The notes under the pieces were generated by a model. That model ran no database searches and had not been told where the DNA came from. It worked only from the letters and a program-made list of their open reading frames with translations. The position numbers and the translations under genes are program-made. A stretch of DNA of 64,000 nt from an uncultured delta proteobacterium (GTDB lineage: Bacteria; Desulfobacterota; Binatia; Binatales; Binataceae): NCBI GenBank assembly GCA_963711565.1, contig CAVQEQ010000004.1:1344001-1408000 (forward strand), in the 5' to 3' direction. Shown one piece after another: positions 42,135 to 52,384 of the stretch; position 1 is the stretch's first letter, and every line of letters starts with the position of its first letter.

Positions 42135-45100
42135 CCCTCGCCAACTTCTTCCGATTCAACGACCGACTCGGTCGCAATGAAGGCAACGGCTTCACGTACG
42201 AGCGGGCTCAGCTCATCGCCGCCCTTCGCCACGTAGTCAACGATCTCGCGGCGCATCCGCGCCTCCCAGAAATTGCGGAGATGGTTCGCGACGCCTTCGG
42301 CGGCTTCCTCTTGATCCGGAAGACCGACGAAGTACGCACCGATATCGTTCGCCATCCTGACGAGATGATGAATATCCACTGCGTGAACGTCGCCATTAGC
42401 TAGTCGATGTTCGGCATCTCTGTCCTTTCGTCCGTTGCCACCGCGTTCCGGCGAGACCTGGACGGCGGTGACCTTGAACTCGGGACAGTTGGTAGCCCAA
42501 TCAGAATGATCGGTCATCAGATCATTGGTGCGCGATTCCGGATGATGAAATGTGGTGTACACGACGCCGGGCTGGACGCGTTCAGTGACCAGCGCACGCA
42601 AGCGAGTCTCCCCTCGGCGCGCCCGCACCTGGAGCCAATCTCCGTCGCGGATGCCGCGCAGCTCGGCGTCGCTCGAATGGATCTCGAGGCGATCCTCCGC
42701 GTGCATCGAGGCATTCAGAGTGCGCCGCGTCTGAGTACCAACATTATACTGACTGAGTATTCGGCCAGTAGTCAGTATCAGCGGATACTCTGAGTTCGTG
42801 CGTTCCTCAGTGGGTATATACTCGGTAATCGTGAACTTGCCTTTGCCGCGGACGAAGTGATCTTCATGCATGGTAGGAGTGCCCGCCGGTGCGGCGTCGT
42901 TGCACGGCCATTGCACGGAGCCGAGGCGCTCGATCTTCTCGTAGCTGACGCCGGAGAAAGTCGGAGTCAGCCGCGCGATTTCGTCCATGATTTCCGACGG
43001 ATGCGAATACTTCATCGGATAGCCGAGCGCGGTCGCGAGCTCGCAGGTGATCTCCCAATCTTCCTTGCCGGCCAGCGGCGCGGCGACCTTGCGCACCATC
43101 GAGATTCGCCGCTCGCTGTTGGTGAAAGTGCCGTTCTTTTCGAGGAACGACGAGCCCGGCAGAAAGACGTGCGCGTATTTCGCGGTCTCGTTGAAAAACA
43201 GATCCTGCACCACGACGCATTCCATTGCGCGCAAGGCCGCCGCGACGTGATGGCCGTTCGGTTCCGATTGCGCGACGTCTTCGCCCTGCACGTAGAGGCC
43301 CTTGAAGCTACCGTCCACTGCCGCGTCGAACATGTTGGGAATCCGCAGGCCCGGCTCGGGATCGATGCGTACGCCCCACGCCGCGTCGAAGCTCGCTCGC
43401 ACATCTTTGTCGGAGATGTGGCGGTAGCCGCTGAACTCATGCGGGAACGAGCCCATGTCGCATGAGCCTTGCACGTTGTTCTGGCCGCGCAGAGGATTCA
43501 CGCCGACTCCGGGACGCCCGATATTGCCGGTCGCCATCGCGAGGTTGGCGATACCCAGCACCATCGTGCTGCCCTGGCTGTGCTCGGTGACGCCGAGGCC
43601 GTAGTAGATCGCGCCGTTGGGCGCGTTCGCATACATGCGCGCGGCCGCACGGACCTTGTCGGCGGGCACGCCGGTGATTCTCTCCATCGCTTCCGGCGAG
43701 TTGCGCGGATCGGCGACGAATTTCTTCCACGCCTCGAATTCATGCGGATCGCATCGCGCCGCCGCGAAGGCTTCGTCGGTGAGTCCCTCCGTCACGACCA
43801 CATGAGCGATCGCGTTGATGAGCGCGACGTTGGTGCCGGGACGGAGTTGCAGATGATACGACGCCTGCACGTGGGGCAGCCGCACAATTTCGGTGACGCG
43901 AGGATCGACGACGATCAGCCGGGCGCCCTCGCGGATTCGGCGCTTCATCTGCGCCGCGAACACCGGATGCCCTTCCGTGACGTTGGCGCCGATCACCATG
44001 ATTACGTCGGCTTGCATCACCGACTCGAAATCCTGCGTCGTCGCCGAAGTGCCGAACGCTGTCTTGAGTCCGTAACCGGTCGGCGAATGACACACGCGCG
44101 CGCAGGTGTTGACGTTGTTGTTGCCGAACGCGGCGCGCACCAGTTTCTGCACGAGAAAAGTTTCCTCGTTGGTGCATCGCGAGGACGTAATCCCGCCGAC
44201 CGCCCCGCGCCCATACTCGTCCTGGATGCGCTTGAACTCCGACGCCGCATAATCGATCGCCTCGTGCCACGAAACCTCGCGCCACGGCTGGTCGATCGAT
44301 TTGCGAATCAACGGACGCGTGACGCGATCCGGATGCGTCGTGTAGCCCCACGCGAAGCGGCCCTTGACGCACGAGTGCCCGTGATTGGCCTGCCCGTTGG
44401 GGTTGGGCACCATCCGCGCGACGAGGTCGCCTTTCATTTCGGCCCTGAATGAGCAGCCGACGCCGCAATATCCGCAGGTCGTGACGACGCTGTGATCCGG
44501 CTGGCCGAGTTCGACTACGGATTTTTCCATCAAGGTCGCGGTGGGACATGCCTGCACGCAGGCGCCGCACGAAACACATTCGGACGCCGAGAACGGGCCG
44601 TTCTGCCCCGGCGAAACCAACGACGAGAATCCACGCCCGTCGATCGTCAGCGCGAACGTGCCCTGCACTTCTTCGCACGCACGGACGCATCGCGAGCACA
44701 CGATGCATTTCGACGGATCGAAGGTGAAATACGGATTCGACTGGTCCTTCTCTGCGTGCAGATGATTCGCGCCGTCGCCGCTGCGGTAGCGCACCTCGCG
44801 CAGGCCGACCGCACCCGCCATGTCCTGCAGCTCGCAGTTGCCGTTGGCGGGACAGGTCAGGCAGTCGAGCGGATGATCCGAAATATACAGCTCCATCACG
44901 CCGCGCCGCAGCCGCGCGAGCGCGGGGCTCTCGGTGCGGACTTTCATACCAGCACGCACGGGAGTCGTGCATGAGGCCGGATAGCCGCGCTGGCCTTCGA
45001 CTTCGACCAGGCACAGGCGGCAGGAGCCGAACGGCTCGAGCGAATCCGTCGCGCACAATTTCGGAACGTGGATTCCGGCTTCGGCGGCCGCGCGAATCAG

Positions 45101-45208
45101 CAACGTCCCTTCAGGAACCGCGACGCCGCGTCCATCGATCTCCAGCGCGACCGTTCGCGCGCCAGGTCGAAGTGGTGTGGCGAAATCGCTATCGCTACGC
45201 GATCGCAT
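42131..45208 (-). CDS. fdsA: NAD-dependent formate dehydrogenase alpha subunit with a C-terminally fused delta (FdsD-like) domain
   Basis: 2Fe-2S and 4Fe-4S motifs, CGYCGVGC, CARVCH (Cys ligand), RGQNNVQG; last ~80 aa DIHHLVRMANDIG...NHLRNFWEARMR match FdsD. Confidence 0.93.
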   Translation of the reverse strand: MRSRSDSDFATPLRPGARTVALEIDGRGVAVPEGTLLIRAAAEAGIHVPKLCATDSLEPFGSCRLCLVEVEGQRGYPASCTTPVRAGMKVRTESPALARLRRGVMELYISDHPLDCLTCPANGNCELQDMAGAVGLREVRYRSGDGANHLHAEKDQSNPYFTFDPSKCIVCSRCVRACEEVQGTFALTIDGRGFSSLVSPGQNGPFSASECVSCGACVQACPTATLMEKSVVELGQPDHSVVTTCGYCGVGCSFRAEMKGDLVARMVPNPNGQANHGHSCVKGRFAWGYTTHPDRVTRPLIRKSIDQPWREVSWHEAIDYAASEFKRIQDEYGRGAVGGITSSRCTNEETFLVQKLVRAAFGNNNVNTCARVCHSPTGYGLKTAFGTSATTQDFESVMQADVIMVIGANVTEGHPVFAAQMKRRIREGARLIVVDPRVTEIVRLPHVQASYHLQLRPGTNVALINAIAHVVVTEGLTDEAFAAARCDPHEFEAWKKFVADPRNSPEAMERITGVPADKVRAAARMYANAPNGAIYYGLGVTEHSQGSTMVLGIANLAMATGNIGRPGVGVNPLRGQNNVQGSCDMGSFPHEFSGYRHISDKDVRASFDAAWGVRIDPEPGLRIPNMFDAAVDGSFKGLYVQGEDVAQSEPNGHHVAAALRAMECVVVQDLFFNETAKYAHVFLPGSSFLEKNGTFTNSERRISMVRKVAAPLAGKEDWEITCELATALGYPMKYSHPSEIMDEIARLTPTFSGVSYEKIERLGSVQWPCNDAAPAGTPTMHEDHFVRGKGKFTITEYIPTEERTNSEYPLILTTGRILSQYNVGTQTRRTLNASMHAEDRLEIHSSDAELRGIRDGDWLQVRARRGETRLRALVTERVQPGVVYTTFHHPESRTNDLMTDHSDWATNCPEFKVTAVQVSPERGGNGRKDRDAEHRLANGDVHAVDIHHLVRMANDIGAYFVGLPDQEEAAEGVANHLRNFWEARMRREIVDYVAKGGDELSPLVREAVAFIATESVVESEEVGEG

Positions 45209-46805
45209 GGCTATTGCCGGCTCCCGATGTCGAGATCGTCAGGTCGTCACCGATGAAGTCCACGTCGCGGGGCGTCAGACTGAAATCTTCGGGAAAATAT
45301 TTGAGCGCGCTCAACACCGGCAACGGCGTGAGGCCGCCGAGCGCGCACAGCGATCCGAATTTCATCGTGTCGCACAAGTCGCGAAGCACTTCGAGATTCT
45401 CGCGCGGACGGCGACGGTTGATGATGTCGTCGATCACCTCGGTGCCGCGGATCGATCCGATTCGGCACGGCGTGCACTTGCCGCACGATTCGATTGCGCA
45501 GAACTCCATCGCATAGCGCGCCATCCGCGCCATATCGACGGTGTCGTCAAAGACGACGATGCCGCCGTGCCCCAGTATTCCGCCGCGCGCCGCGATTGAT
45601 TCAAAATCCAGCGCAACGTCGAGCATCGATGCCGTGAAGTACGCGCCCAACGGTCCGCCCACCTGCACCGCGCGGACCGGCCTGCCGCTGGCGGTGCCGC
45701 CGCCATAGTCGTGGACGATTTCGCGAAGCGTTACGCCCATCGGCGCTTCGATCATGCCGGGACGTTTCGCATTGCCTGCGAGCTGGAACGGCATCGTGCC
45801 GCGCGAGTTGCCGACGCCGTAGTCGCGGAAAAGTTCCGCGCCGCGCTCGATGATGATTGGCACCGTCGCGAACGAGACCACGTTGTTAATCAGCGTCGGC
45901 TTGCCGAAGAGTCCCTCGAGCGCGGGAATCGGCGGCTTGAAGCGAACCATCCCGCGGCGCCCTTCGATGCTTTCGAGCATCGCGGTTTCTTCGCCGCAGA
46001 TGTACGCGCCGGCGCCAAGCCGAATCTCCAGCTCGAACGACCTGCCAATACCAAGAACGTTCGCTCCCAAATAGCCACTCGAATAGGCAGTCGCGATCGC
46101 TTCAGTGAGTGCGCGACGTGCGTGCGGGTACTCAGATCGCAGGTAGATGTAACCCTGCGTCGCGCCGACGGCGAGCGCCGCAATCGTCATCCCTTCGATC
46201 AGGGTGAAAGGATCGCCCTCCATGATCATGCGGTCGGAAAAGGTGCCGGAGTCGCCCTCGTCGGCATTGCAGACGACATACTTTGGCGTGGCCGGCGCAT
46301 CAGCGGCGGTCTTCCACTTGATGCCGGTTGGAAAGCCCGCGCCGCCACGGCCGCGAAGACCAGACTTCGTAACCTCGGTAATCGTCCGCTCGCGACCAAG
46401 CTCGATTGCGCGCGCCAGGCCGCGGTATCCGCCGTGGGCGATGAAGTCGTCCAGCGACACCGGGTCGGTCACACCGGCGCGCGCGAACGTCAGCCGCGTC
46501 TGCGACTTGAGCCACGGTATTTCATCGGCCATACCGAGACGCAGACGGTGCTCGCGACCGTCGAGAAAATCCGAATCGAACAGAGAGGCGACATCGGCCC
46601 TCGCGACCGGCCCGTACGCTATCCGCCCGCCACTAGTCGCGACTTCTACCATCGGCTCATGCGAGAACATCCCGCGCGAGCCGTTGCGCACAATCTTCAC
46701 GTCCAGCTTGCGCGCCGCCGCTTCGCGGCGAATCGCCTCGGCGACCGCATCCGCGCCAAGCGACACCGCGCTCCAATCGCGCGGGACGTACACGACCGCC
46801 GTCAT
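45195..46805 (-). CDS. fdsB: Formate dehydrogenase beta subunit (NuoF-like, FMN/NADH)
   Basis: GRGGAGFPTG, NADEGD, GAGAYICGEET, SCGKCTPCR. Confidence 0.93.
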   Translation of the reverse strand: MTAVVYVPRDWSAVSLGADAVAEAIRREAAARKLDVKIVRNGSRGMFSHEPMVEVATSGGRIAYGPVARADVASLFDSDFLDGREHRLRLGMADEIPWLKSQTRLTFARAGVTDPVSLDDFIAHGGYRGLARAIELGRERTITEVTKSGLRGRGGAGFPTGIKWKTAADAPATPKYVVCNADEGDSGTFSDRMIMEGDPFTLIEGMTIAALAVGATQGYIYLRSEYPHARRALTEAIATAYSSGYLGANVLGIGRSFELEIRLGAGAYICGEETAMLESIEGRRGMVRFKPPIPALEGLFGKPTLINNVVSFATVPIIIERGAELFRDYGVGNSRGTMPFQLAGNAKRPGMIEAPMGVTLREIVHDYGGGTASGRPVRAVQVGGPLGAYFTASMLDVALDFESIAARGGILGHGGIVVFDDTVDMARMARYAMEFCAIESCGKCTPCRIGSIRGTEVIDDIINRRRPRENLEVLRDLCDTMKFGSLCALGGLTPLPVLSALKYFPEDFSLTPRDVDFIGDDLTISTSGAGNSHAIA

Positions 46806-47308
46806 CGCGACGACCTCGATGAGGTGACCGAGGAAAGTATCTCGTCGAAGCGTTCCGGATTGACGCGGCCGTAGAGATCGTCGCCGACGACGATCGCCGG
46901 CGAGCACGCGCAGTTGCCGAGACAGTAAACCGGCTCGAGGGTGAAATCACCATTGCCGCTCGTCTGTCCAAAATCAATTCCAAGGCGTGTCTGAATATGT
47001 TCGGCGAGCGCGACCGCGCCCATCGCCTGGCACGACTCGGCGCGGCATACGCGAATGATTTTCCGGCCGGGGCGCTCGGTCCGGAAGTCGTGATAGAAGC
47101 TGATGACACCGTGGACCTCGGCGCGCGACAGATTCAAGGCTCGCGCGATCGCAGGAACCGCCGCGGGCGGGATGTAACCGATGCGCTCATTCACAGCGTG
47201 CAGCACGGGCATCAGAGCACCCGGCTTGTCGGCCAGACCGGCGACGATCTCGTCTACCACGCGCGGGTCAAAGCCGGCACCACCATTTCTGGAATTCTTT
47301 GCGTCCAT
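46802..47308 (-). CDS. fdsG: Formate dehydrogenase gamma subunit (NuoE-like)
   Basis: SRAEVHGVISFYHDF, CRAESC, CLGNC. Confidence 0.93.
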   Translation of the reverse strand: MDAKNSRNGGAGFDPRVVDEIVAGLADKPGALMPVLHAVNERIGYIPPAAVPAIARALNLSRAEVHGVISFYHDFRTERPGRKIIRVCRAESCQAMGAVALAEHIQTRLGIDFGQTSGNGDFTLEPVYCLGNCACSPAIVVGDDLYGRVNPERFDEILSSVTSSRSSR

Positions 47309-47410
47309 CGCAGCTACTAAGGATCGCTATACCACGATTGATGCCGGTGATCTTGATCCTGCCGGTTGCATATTGCAACCTGACAATTGCGCCGCGGGCC
47401 GGAGGTTCAG

Positions 47411-47896
47411 ATGATTCGCAAATTCAAGTTCGAAGACGAGATGCACGAAAGTTTGCAATGCGTCCCGATGGCGGTACGGCGCAAGCTCGATCGGGTCGGC
47501 TTGAAAATCGGGCTCGAACAATGGAAGTCGCTCGACCGCGGCGAGCGCCTCGCGATCTGCCATCTCCCGGTCGATTCCAGCGAGGAGTGCGACGCGCTCG
47601 GCGTGTTTATCCGCGAGGCGATGAAGCGCCGATTTGGCGTCGAACCGAAGAGTCTCACCGATGCGCAAAGGGCATCGGCCGAACCGCCCGCGTCGGCGCC
47701 TAGTCGAGTCGTGGCGAATGCGCGTGCAGCGGGATTCGATCTAAGCGCCGCATGCTGGTCGCGGCTGGACGGCGACGAACGATTCGCGCTGATGAAGATG
47801 GGCGATGCGGAGACGCCGAGCCACAATCTCGCCGCCGCGCTGAAAGAGTTCGGCGTGCCGGCGATCGCGCAAGCCGATCAGCCGCGTGCGAAGTGA
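47411..47896 (+). CDS. Nitrate reductase-associated protein family (NarM-like)
   Basis: FKFE...LQCVPMAVRRKLD..GLK..L.QW, RFALMK, HNL; GGAGG RBS. Confidence 0.8.
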   Translation: MIRKFKFEDEMHESLQCVPMAVRRKLDRVGLKIGLEQWKSLDRGERLAICHLPVDSSEECDALGVFIREAMKRRFGVEPKSLTDAQRASAEPPASAPSRVVANARAAGFDLSAACWSRLDGDERFALMKMGDAETPSHNLAAALKEFGVPAIAQADQPRAK

Positions 47897-48684
47897 TCGA
47901 GGAGCGCCCGCCCTTTTCCTAATTTGAAACTCTGCTTGAGCGCCATCGTCACGAAGCGTTTCGCGCCGCGGACCGAATCCTCGAGGCTCGCGCCGCGCGC
48001 GAGATACGCCGCGATCGCCGCCGAGAACGCGCATCCCGTGCCATGCGCGCCGCCACCCGCGATTCGCGGGCCTTTAAGTTCGACGAAGGTGCGCCCGTCG
48101 TAAAAGAAATCGGTGGCCGACTTGTCGTCCTCGCGATGGCCGCCTTTGATCACGACCGCGTGCGCGCCCAGCTTCAATATCTTTTCCGCGGCCTTGCGAA
48201 TGGCGGCGTCCGAATCGATTTGAATGTCCGCCAACCCTTCGGCCTCCGCGATATTCGGCGTGACGATAGCCGCGAGCGGGATCAGGCGCTTTCGGATAGC
48301 GCGCTCGCCCTTCGGACCAATCAGGCGCGCGCCTGCGCTCGACACGATCACCGGATCGACCACTGGCGCCGGCATTTTGAGCCGTTCGATCGTGCGCGCG
48401 ACCGCCTTGACAATGGCCGCATTGGCCAGCGCTCCCGTCTTGAGCGCGCGAGGCGAAAATTCCAAAGCGAGAACGTCGAGCTGAGCTTCGACCAACTCCG
48501 GCGCCACGGGTTCAACGTCGGCGACCTTCCAACTGTTCTGCGCAATCACCTCGGTGATGACCGAATAGCCGTACACACCGAGTGCGGCGAACGTTTTGAG
48601 GTCGGCCTGGAGTCCGGCGCCGCCGCCCGGATCGCTGCCTGCAATGGTGAGTGCTACTGGATGTTTCGAGTTGGAAGAGGCCAA
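47878..48684 (-). CDS. thiD: Hydroxymethylpyrimidine/phosphomethylpyrimidine kinase
   Basis: [33 protein letters not shown]. Confidence 0.95.
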   Translation of the reverse strand: MASSNSKHPVALTIAGSDPGGGAGLQADLKTFAALGVYGYSVITEVIAQNSWKVADVEPVAPELVEAQLDVLALEFSPRALKTGALANAAIVKAVARTIERLKMPAPVVDPVIVSSAGARLIGPKGERAIRKRLIPLAAIVTPNIAEAEGLADIQIDSDAAIRKAAEKILKLGAHAVVIKGGHREDDKSATDFFYDGRTFVELKGPRIAGGGAHGTGCAFSAAIAAYLARGASLEDSVRGAKRFVTMALKQSFKLGKGRALLDHFARG

Positions 48685-48811
48685 GAGATGGGCCCTGACG
48701 CGATGCAGAGATCATATCTGACGGCGCGGTTAAGCGAAAGATCCGCGCTTAGTTGATCGGTCGAGGAACCGCGCGATACTTTGCAGTTCGGATGCAAGTC
48801 GTGCGAGTGAT

Positions 48812-50521
48812 ATGGCGGTAAGAGGCGAATCGGAATTTCTCAATCTTCCGTTTCAGGAAAAGCTCGAATTCCTGTACGGCCTGCCCGCGCGCCAGAAGCG
48901 CGACCTGATTCTCTCCGCGCCCGAGGCCGAGCGCCTGGTGCAATCGTTCTCGCCCGAGACGCTCTTCTACACGCTCAAGGAAATCGGCAGCGCCGACGCC
49001 GGCGACCTGCTCAGCCTCGCGATGCCCGAGCAGGTGAAGTCGCTGTTCGATCTCGATTGCTGGAACCGCGACCGTCCCAACGTGCATCGCATGCGCGAGT
49101 GGATCGAGGCGATGGCCGACGGTGGACGGCGCAAGCTGGCCGACGCGCTGATGGGCCTCGACATGGAGATGATGTCGCTCCTGCTGCGCGGCTACATAAA
49201 GGTGCATCGAATTGACGACGCGGCATCCTCGCCCGACGCAACCGCCAATCGTTTTGCGCAGTATGACGAAAATTATCTGATCGAGTTCATCCGCCACGAC
49301 GCAATCTCTCAGCACATCTCGGATTTCATCGAGGAGGCGTTCGAGCGCGACTACAACTACTTCGGCGGCCTGATGGAGGAAATCTATTGGGGCGTCGAGG
49401 CCGAGCTCGAAGAAGAGGCCTACCAGTTCCGGCGCGCACGCCTCAACGACCGCGGCTTTCCCGACTTCTTCGAGGCGCAGAGCGTCTTCGCGTACCTCAA
49501 GCCCGAACAGTTCATTACGATTCGCGCCGGCTACGAACCGCCGAGCCGCGCCGACCTGCCCGACGATACCGAAGTGATCGCGCCCGAGATGGCGCCCGCG
49601 ATTGCCGACGGCGATGTCTCGTTGTTCAACACCGCGCTCACTGCGGGATTTGCTGCGCAAGGCAAACGGCAGCTCCGCAGCGAGATGGCGATGGTCAGCA
49701 ACCAGGTGCTGGTCGCGCGCGCGGTGGACTTCGGCGATCTGGAAGCGGTGCGTGTCGCGGTCGAGATGACGCACCATTACCTGAACCTGGCGCTGGAGCA
49801 TCTGGCGGGCGGCGACTTGCAAAGCGCGATCGAACATCTGCGCGACACTCCGCTCAAGTTGCTCTTCCGCCTCGGCGTCAGCCTGACGATCGATCTGCGC
49901 ACGAGCACGGAGCTGACGCTCAAGAAGCTCGGCCTTTCGAGCGTCAAGGTGCGCGAGATTCCGTACCTCGACTCGCCTTATCGGGAAGCGCTGGCCGGCT
50001 TTATGGCGCGGCAGCCGCGATTCTACAGCGGCCTCGACGGCAGCGGCGCGGTCGAGATGCGCGATTTCAGCAGCATGCGCGATCTGCATCTCAGCTACGC
50101 GATTCTCGATCAGATCGATTCGGCCGCCGAGCTGTTCCGCGCGATGTTCGCGATCGATATCTCGTCGCCAAATTTCCGCGCACAGATGGCCGCGCGCGAC
50201 GTTCGCCTGAGCCAGCTCGTGCTGACCGGCCTCGCGCGACTGGCGCTGGACAACCGCCTGACGATCGATCCGATCGAAGGCAGCAGGCTGACTGCGATGC
50301 GCGCGGCGATGATGACGGGACAGCCGGGTGTTCTCAGCGATGAATTTCGCTTCAGGATAAATCAGGCGCTGGCCGAGCGGATGGACGACACCGCGCGAAA
50401 GCGCACCGCCGCATTCCTGAATTCATGCTTGAACCTCCTCGAAGAGGAGTTCGCCAACCTGGGCGGCGAGCGCGAGATCGATCCGCGTTTCATCGAGAGC
50501 GTGCTCGTGCGAATCGGCTAG
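48812..50521 (+). CDS. Conserved hypothetical protein (DUF6178-like)
   Basis: KEIG..DA..LL, FDLDCW, ELEEEAYQFRRARL.DRGFP. Confidence 0.7.
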   Translation: MAVRGESEFLNLPFQEKLEFLYGLPARQKRDLILSAPEAERLVQSFSPETLFYTLKEIGSADAGDLLSLAMPEQVKSLFDLDCWNRDRPNVHRMREWIEAMADGGRRKLADALMGLDMEMMSLLLRGYIKVHRIDDAASSPDATANRFAQYDENYLIEFIRHDAISQHISDFIEEAFERDYNYFGGLMEEIYWGVEAELEEEAYQFRRARLNDRGFPDFFEAQSVFAYLKPEQFITIRAGYEPPSRADLPDDTEVIAPEMAPAIADGDVSLFNTALTAGFAAQGKRQLRSEMAMVSNQVLVARAVDFGDLEAVRVAVEMTHHYLNLALEHLAGGDLQSAIEHLRDTPLKLLFRLGVSLTIDLRTSTELTLKKLGLSSVKVREIPYLDSPYREALAGFMARQPRFYSGLDGSGAVEMRDFSSMRDLHLSYAILDQIDSAAELFRAMFAIDISSPNFRAQMAARDVRLSQLVLTGLARLALDNRLTIDPIEGSRLTAMRAAMMTGQPGVLSDEFRFRINQALAERMDDTARKRTAAFLNSCLNLLEEEFANLGGEREIDPRFIESVLVRIG

Positions 50522-50530
50522 GAGGATCAC

Positions 50531-50839
50531 ATGGCTCTCGCATCGTCAAAAGAAGATTGCAAGCAGGCCGCTGGAGTCTTTGCGCCGGTGATCGATCGCA
50601 CGCGATGCGAGGCCAAGGAGGATTGCGTCGAAGCTTGTCCCTACGACGTCTTCGAGGTGCGCAAGCTCGGCGACGATGACAAGCGAGCGCTACCGCTGAT
50701 GGCGCGCGTGAAAGCGTGGGTTCACGGGAATCGCCAGGCGTTCGCGGTTCGCGCCGATGAATGCCACGCGTGCGGCTTGTGCGTCAGCGCGTGCCCCGAG
50801 CATGCGATCAAGTTGATGCGAGTGGCGAGTCCCGCTTAG
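50531..50839 (+). CDS. 4Fe-4S dicluster ferredoxin
   Basis: CEAKEDCVEACP and CHACGLCVSACP; GGAGG RBS. Confidence 0.9.
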   Translation: MALASSKEDCKQAAGVFAPVIDRTRCEAKEDCVEACPYDVFEVRKLGDDDKRALPLMARVKAWVHGNRQAFAVRADECHACGLCVSACPEHAIKLMRVASPA

Positions 50840-51660
50840 CGGCTGCCAGCGTCCGCCGCCAGCGTAACGGTGCGGCTCGAGCCGTCGCGATTCAACGTCA
50901 GCGTCACTGCGCCGCGCTTGACGTTCGCCGTATCGCGGCTGAAATCGTCGAGCGCCTTGACGTCGCTGTTTCCCACCTTGACCACAATATCGCCGCGCGC
51001 GACGCCCGCGCTCTTCGCCGACGAATCGACTTCGGATACCAGCACGCCGCGCGTGTCAGCCTGGCCAAACGCGCTCGCGAGGTCAGGAGTCAGTTGCTCC
51101 ACAGTCAGCCCGAGCGCCCGCGCGGTGTCGGGAATTTTTCCGGCGGGACCCAGCCCCACCGCGGCCGACGAGTCGAAAAGTTTTGCGTTCACGTAAATCG
51201 GTGCGTTCATGCCCATCGCCAGCGCGATCGCGTCGCTCGGGCGGCTGTCGATCGAATAGCGGCCGCCGTCCATGAAAATCGTGGCGTAGTAGGTCTCGTC
51301 GCGCATGTCGCCGATCACGACTCGATCGACGCGGTTGCCGGTCTGTCCGATGATCGAGCGGACCAAATCATTTGTTAAAGGCCGCTCGGGTTTGACTCCG
51401 TGGAGCGCGAGCAGGATTGCCGTCGCCTCGCTCTCGCCAATCATCATTGGCAGCACGCGCGACTCGGTCTCGTCGGTCAGCAGCACGTAGTTCGAGCCCG
51501 TGTCGTCGTCAAAGCCGACGCGAGCAACCTGCACTCTGATCTCGTCGGGTGAAACTTTCGCGGATGCGGACGAGCTGAATGGCGAGCGGCCGCATGAACA
51601 AGCCGCGACGACGGCTGCCAGAAGCAGCAGGCAAAGAAGCCGTCCGCCTACAGCCTTCAT
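50836..51660 (-). CDS. Putative lipoprotein: bifunctional nuclease (DUF151) domain plus PDZ domain
   Basis: Lipobox VAAC; IGESEA..I, RPLTNDL, YYA, DSRPSDAIALA; then LGLTVEQLT...GVLVSEV...GDIVVKV. Confidence 0.8.
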   Translation of the reverse strand: MKAVGGRLLCLLLLAAVVAACSCGRSPFSSSASAKVSPDEIRVQVARVGFDDDTGSNYVLLTDETESRVLPMMIGESEATAILLALHGVKPERPLTNDLVRSIIGQTGNRVDRVVIGDMRDETYYATIFMDGGRYSIDSRPSDAIALAMGMNAPIYVNAKLFDSSAAVGLGPAGKIPDTARALGLTVEQLTPDLASAFGQADTRGVLVSEVDSSAKSAGVARGDIVVKVGNSDVKALDDFSRDTANVKRGAVTLTLNRDGSSRTVTLAADAGSR

Positions 51661-51704
51661 ACTCAAGACGTTACGCGCGTCGTGCGCTTGACGCCAATCA
51701 TGCG

Positions 51705-52298
51705 TCAGCCGCGGAACTCGCGCGCCACGATGTACAGCTCCGACGATCCTGGACGGCTGGCTTTGGTGCGCGTTACCTCGACGCTTCCGAAGTGGCGCTT
51801 GAATGAATCGACGATGTCCTTGAACTGCGCGCCCATGAAGAGCTTGGCGACCATCGCGCCGCCCGGTTTCAGCATCGTCGTCGCGAAAGCCAGCGCGCAG
51901 TCTATCAGCTCGCGCGAACGTGCCTCGTCGCGCGCCGCAATCCCGGTCAGCTTCGGCGCAAGGTCGCTGGTCACCAGGTCGGCACGTCCGCCAAGCTCGC
52001 TATCCACGCGCGCGGCGACATTGGGATCGAGAATGTCACCGGCGATCGTGATCGCGCCGACGGGCGGATTTTTCACCTGCGCGAGATCGACTCCCACGAC
52101 GCGTCCACTGGCGCCCGCCGCCGCGACCAGGATCACCAGCCATCCGCCGGGCGCGCATCCGAGATCGACGACTCGCGCGCCTTTGCCGACGAGCCGGTTG
52201 CGGGCGATTATTTCCTCGATCTTGAATGCCGCGCGCGACGGCAATCCCATCGCGCGCGCCTTACGGTAAAATTTGTCGTGTGGTTCGTACGTCGCCAC
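51705..52298 (-). CDS. rlmE: 23S rRNA (uridine-2'-O)-methyltransferase
   Basis: SRAAFK, DLGCAPGGW, SDLAP, ASR..SSELY. Confidence 0.95.
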   Translation of the reverse strand: MATYEPHDKFYRKARAMGLPSRAAFKIEEIIARNRLVGKGARVVDLGCAPGGWLVILVAAAGASGRVVGVDLAQVKNPPVGAITIAGDILDPNVAARVDSELGGRADLVTSDLAPKLTGIAARDEARSRELIDCALAFATTMLKPGGAMVAKLFMGAQFKDIVDSFKRHFGSVEVTRTKASRPGSSELYIVAREFRG

Positions 52299-52384
52299 AA
52301 ATTCACTCGTTCGCTTTGCCGCGCGCGCCGGAGCCGCTATCTTGATCTACTCCGCTCCGAAGTTTTGAAGCTGCGACGGTCACC

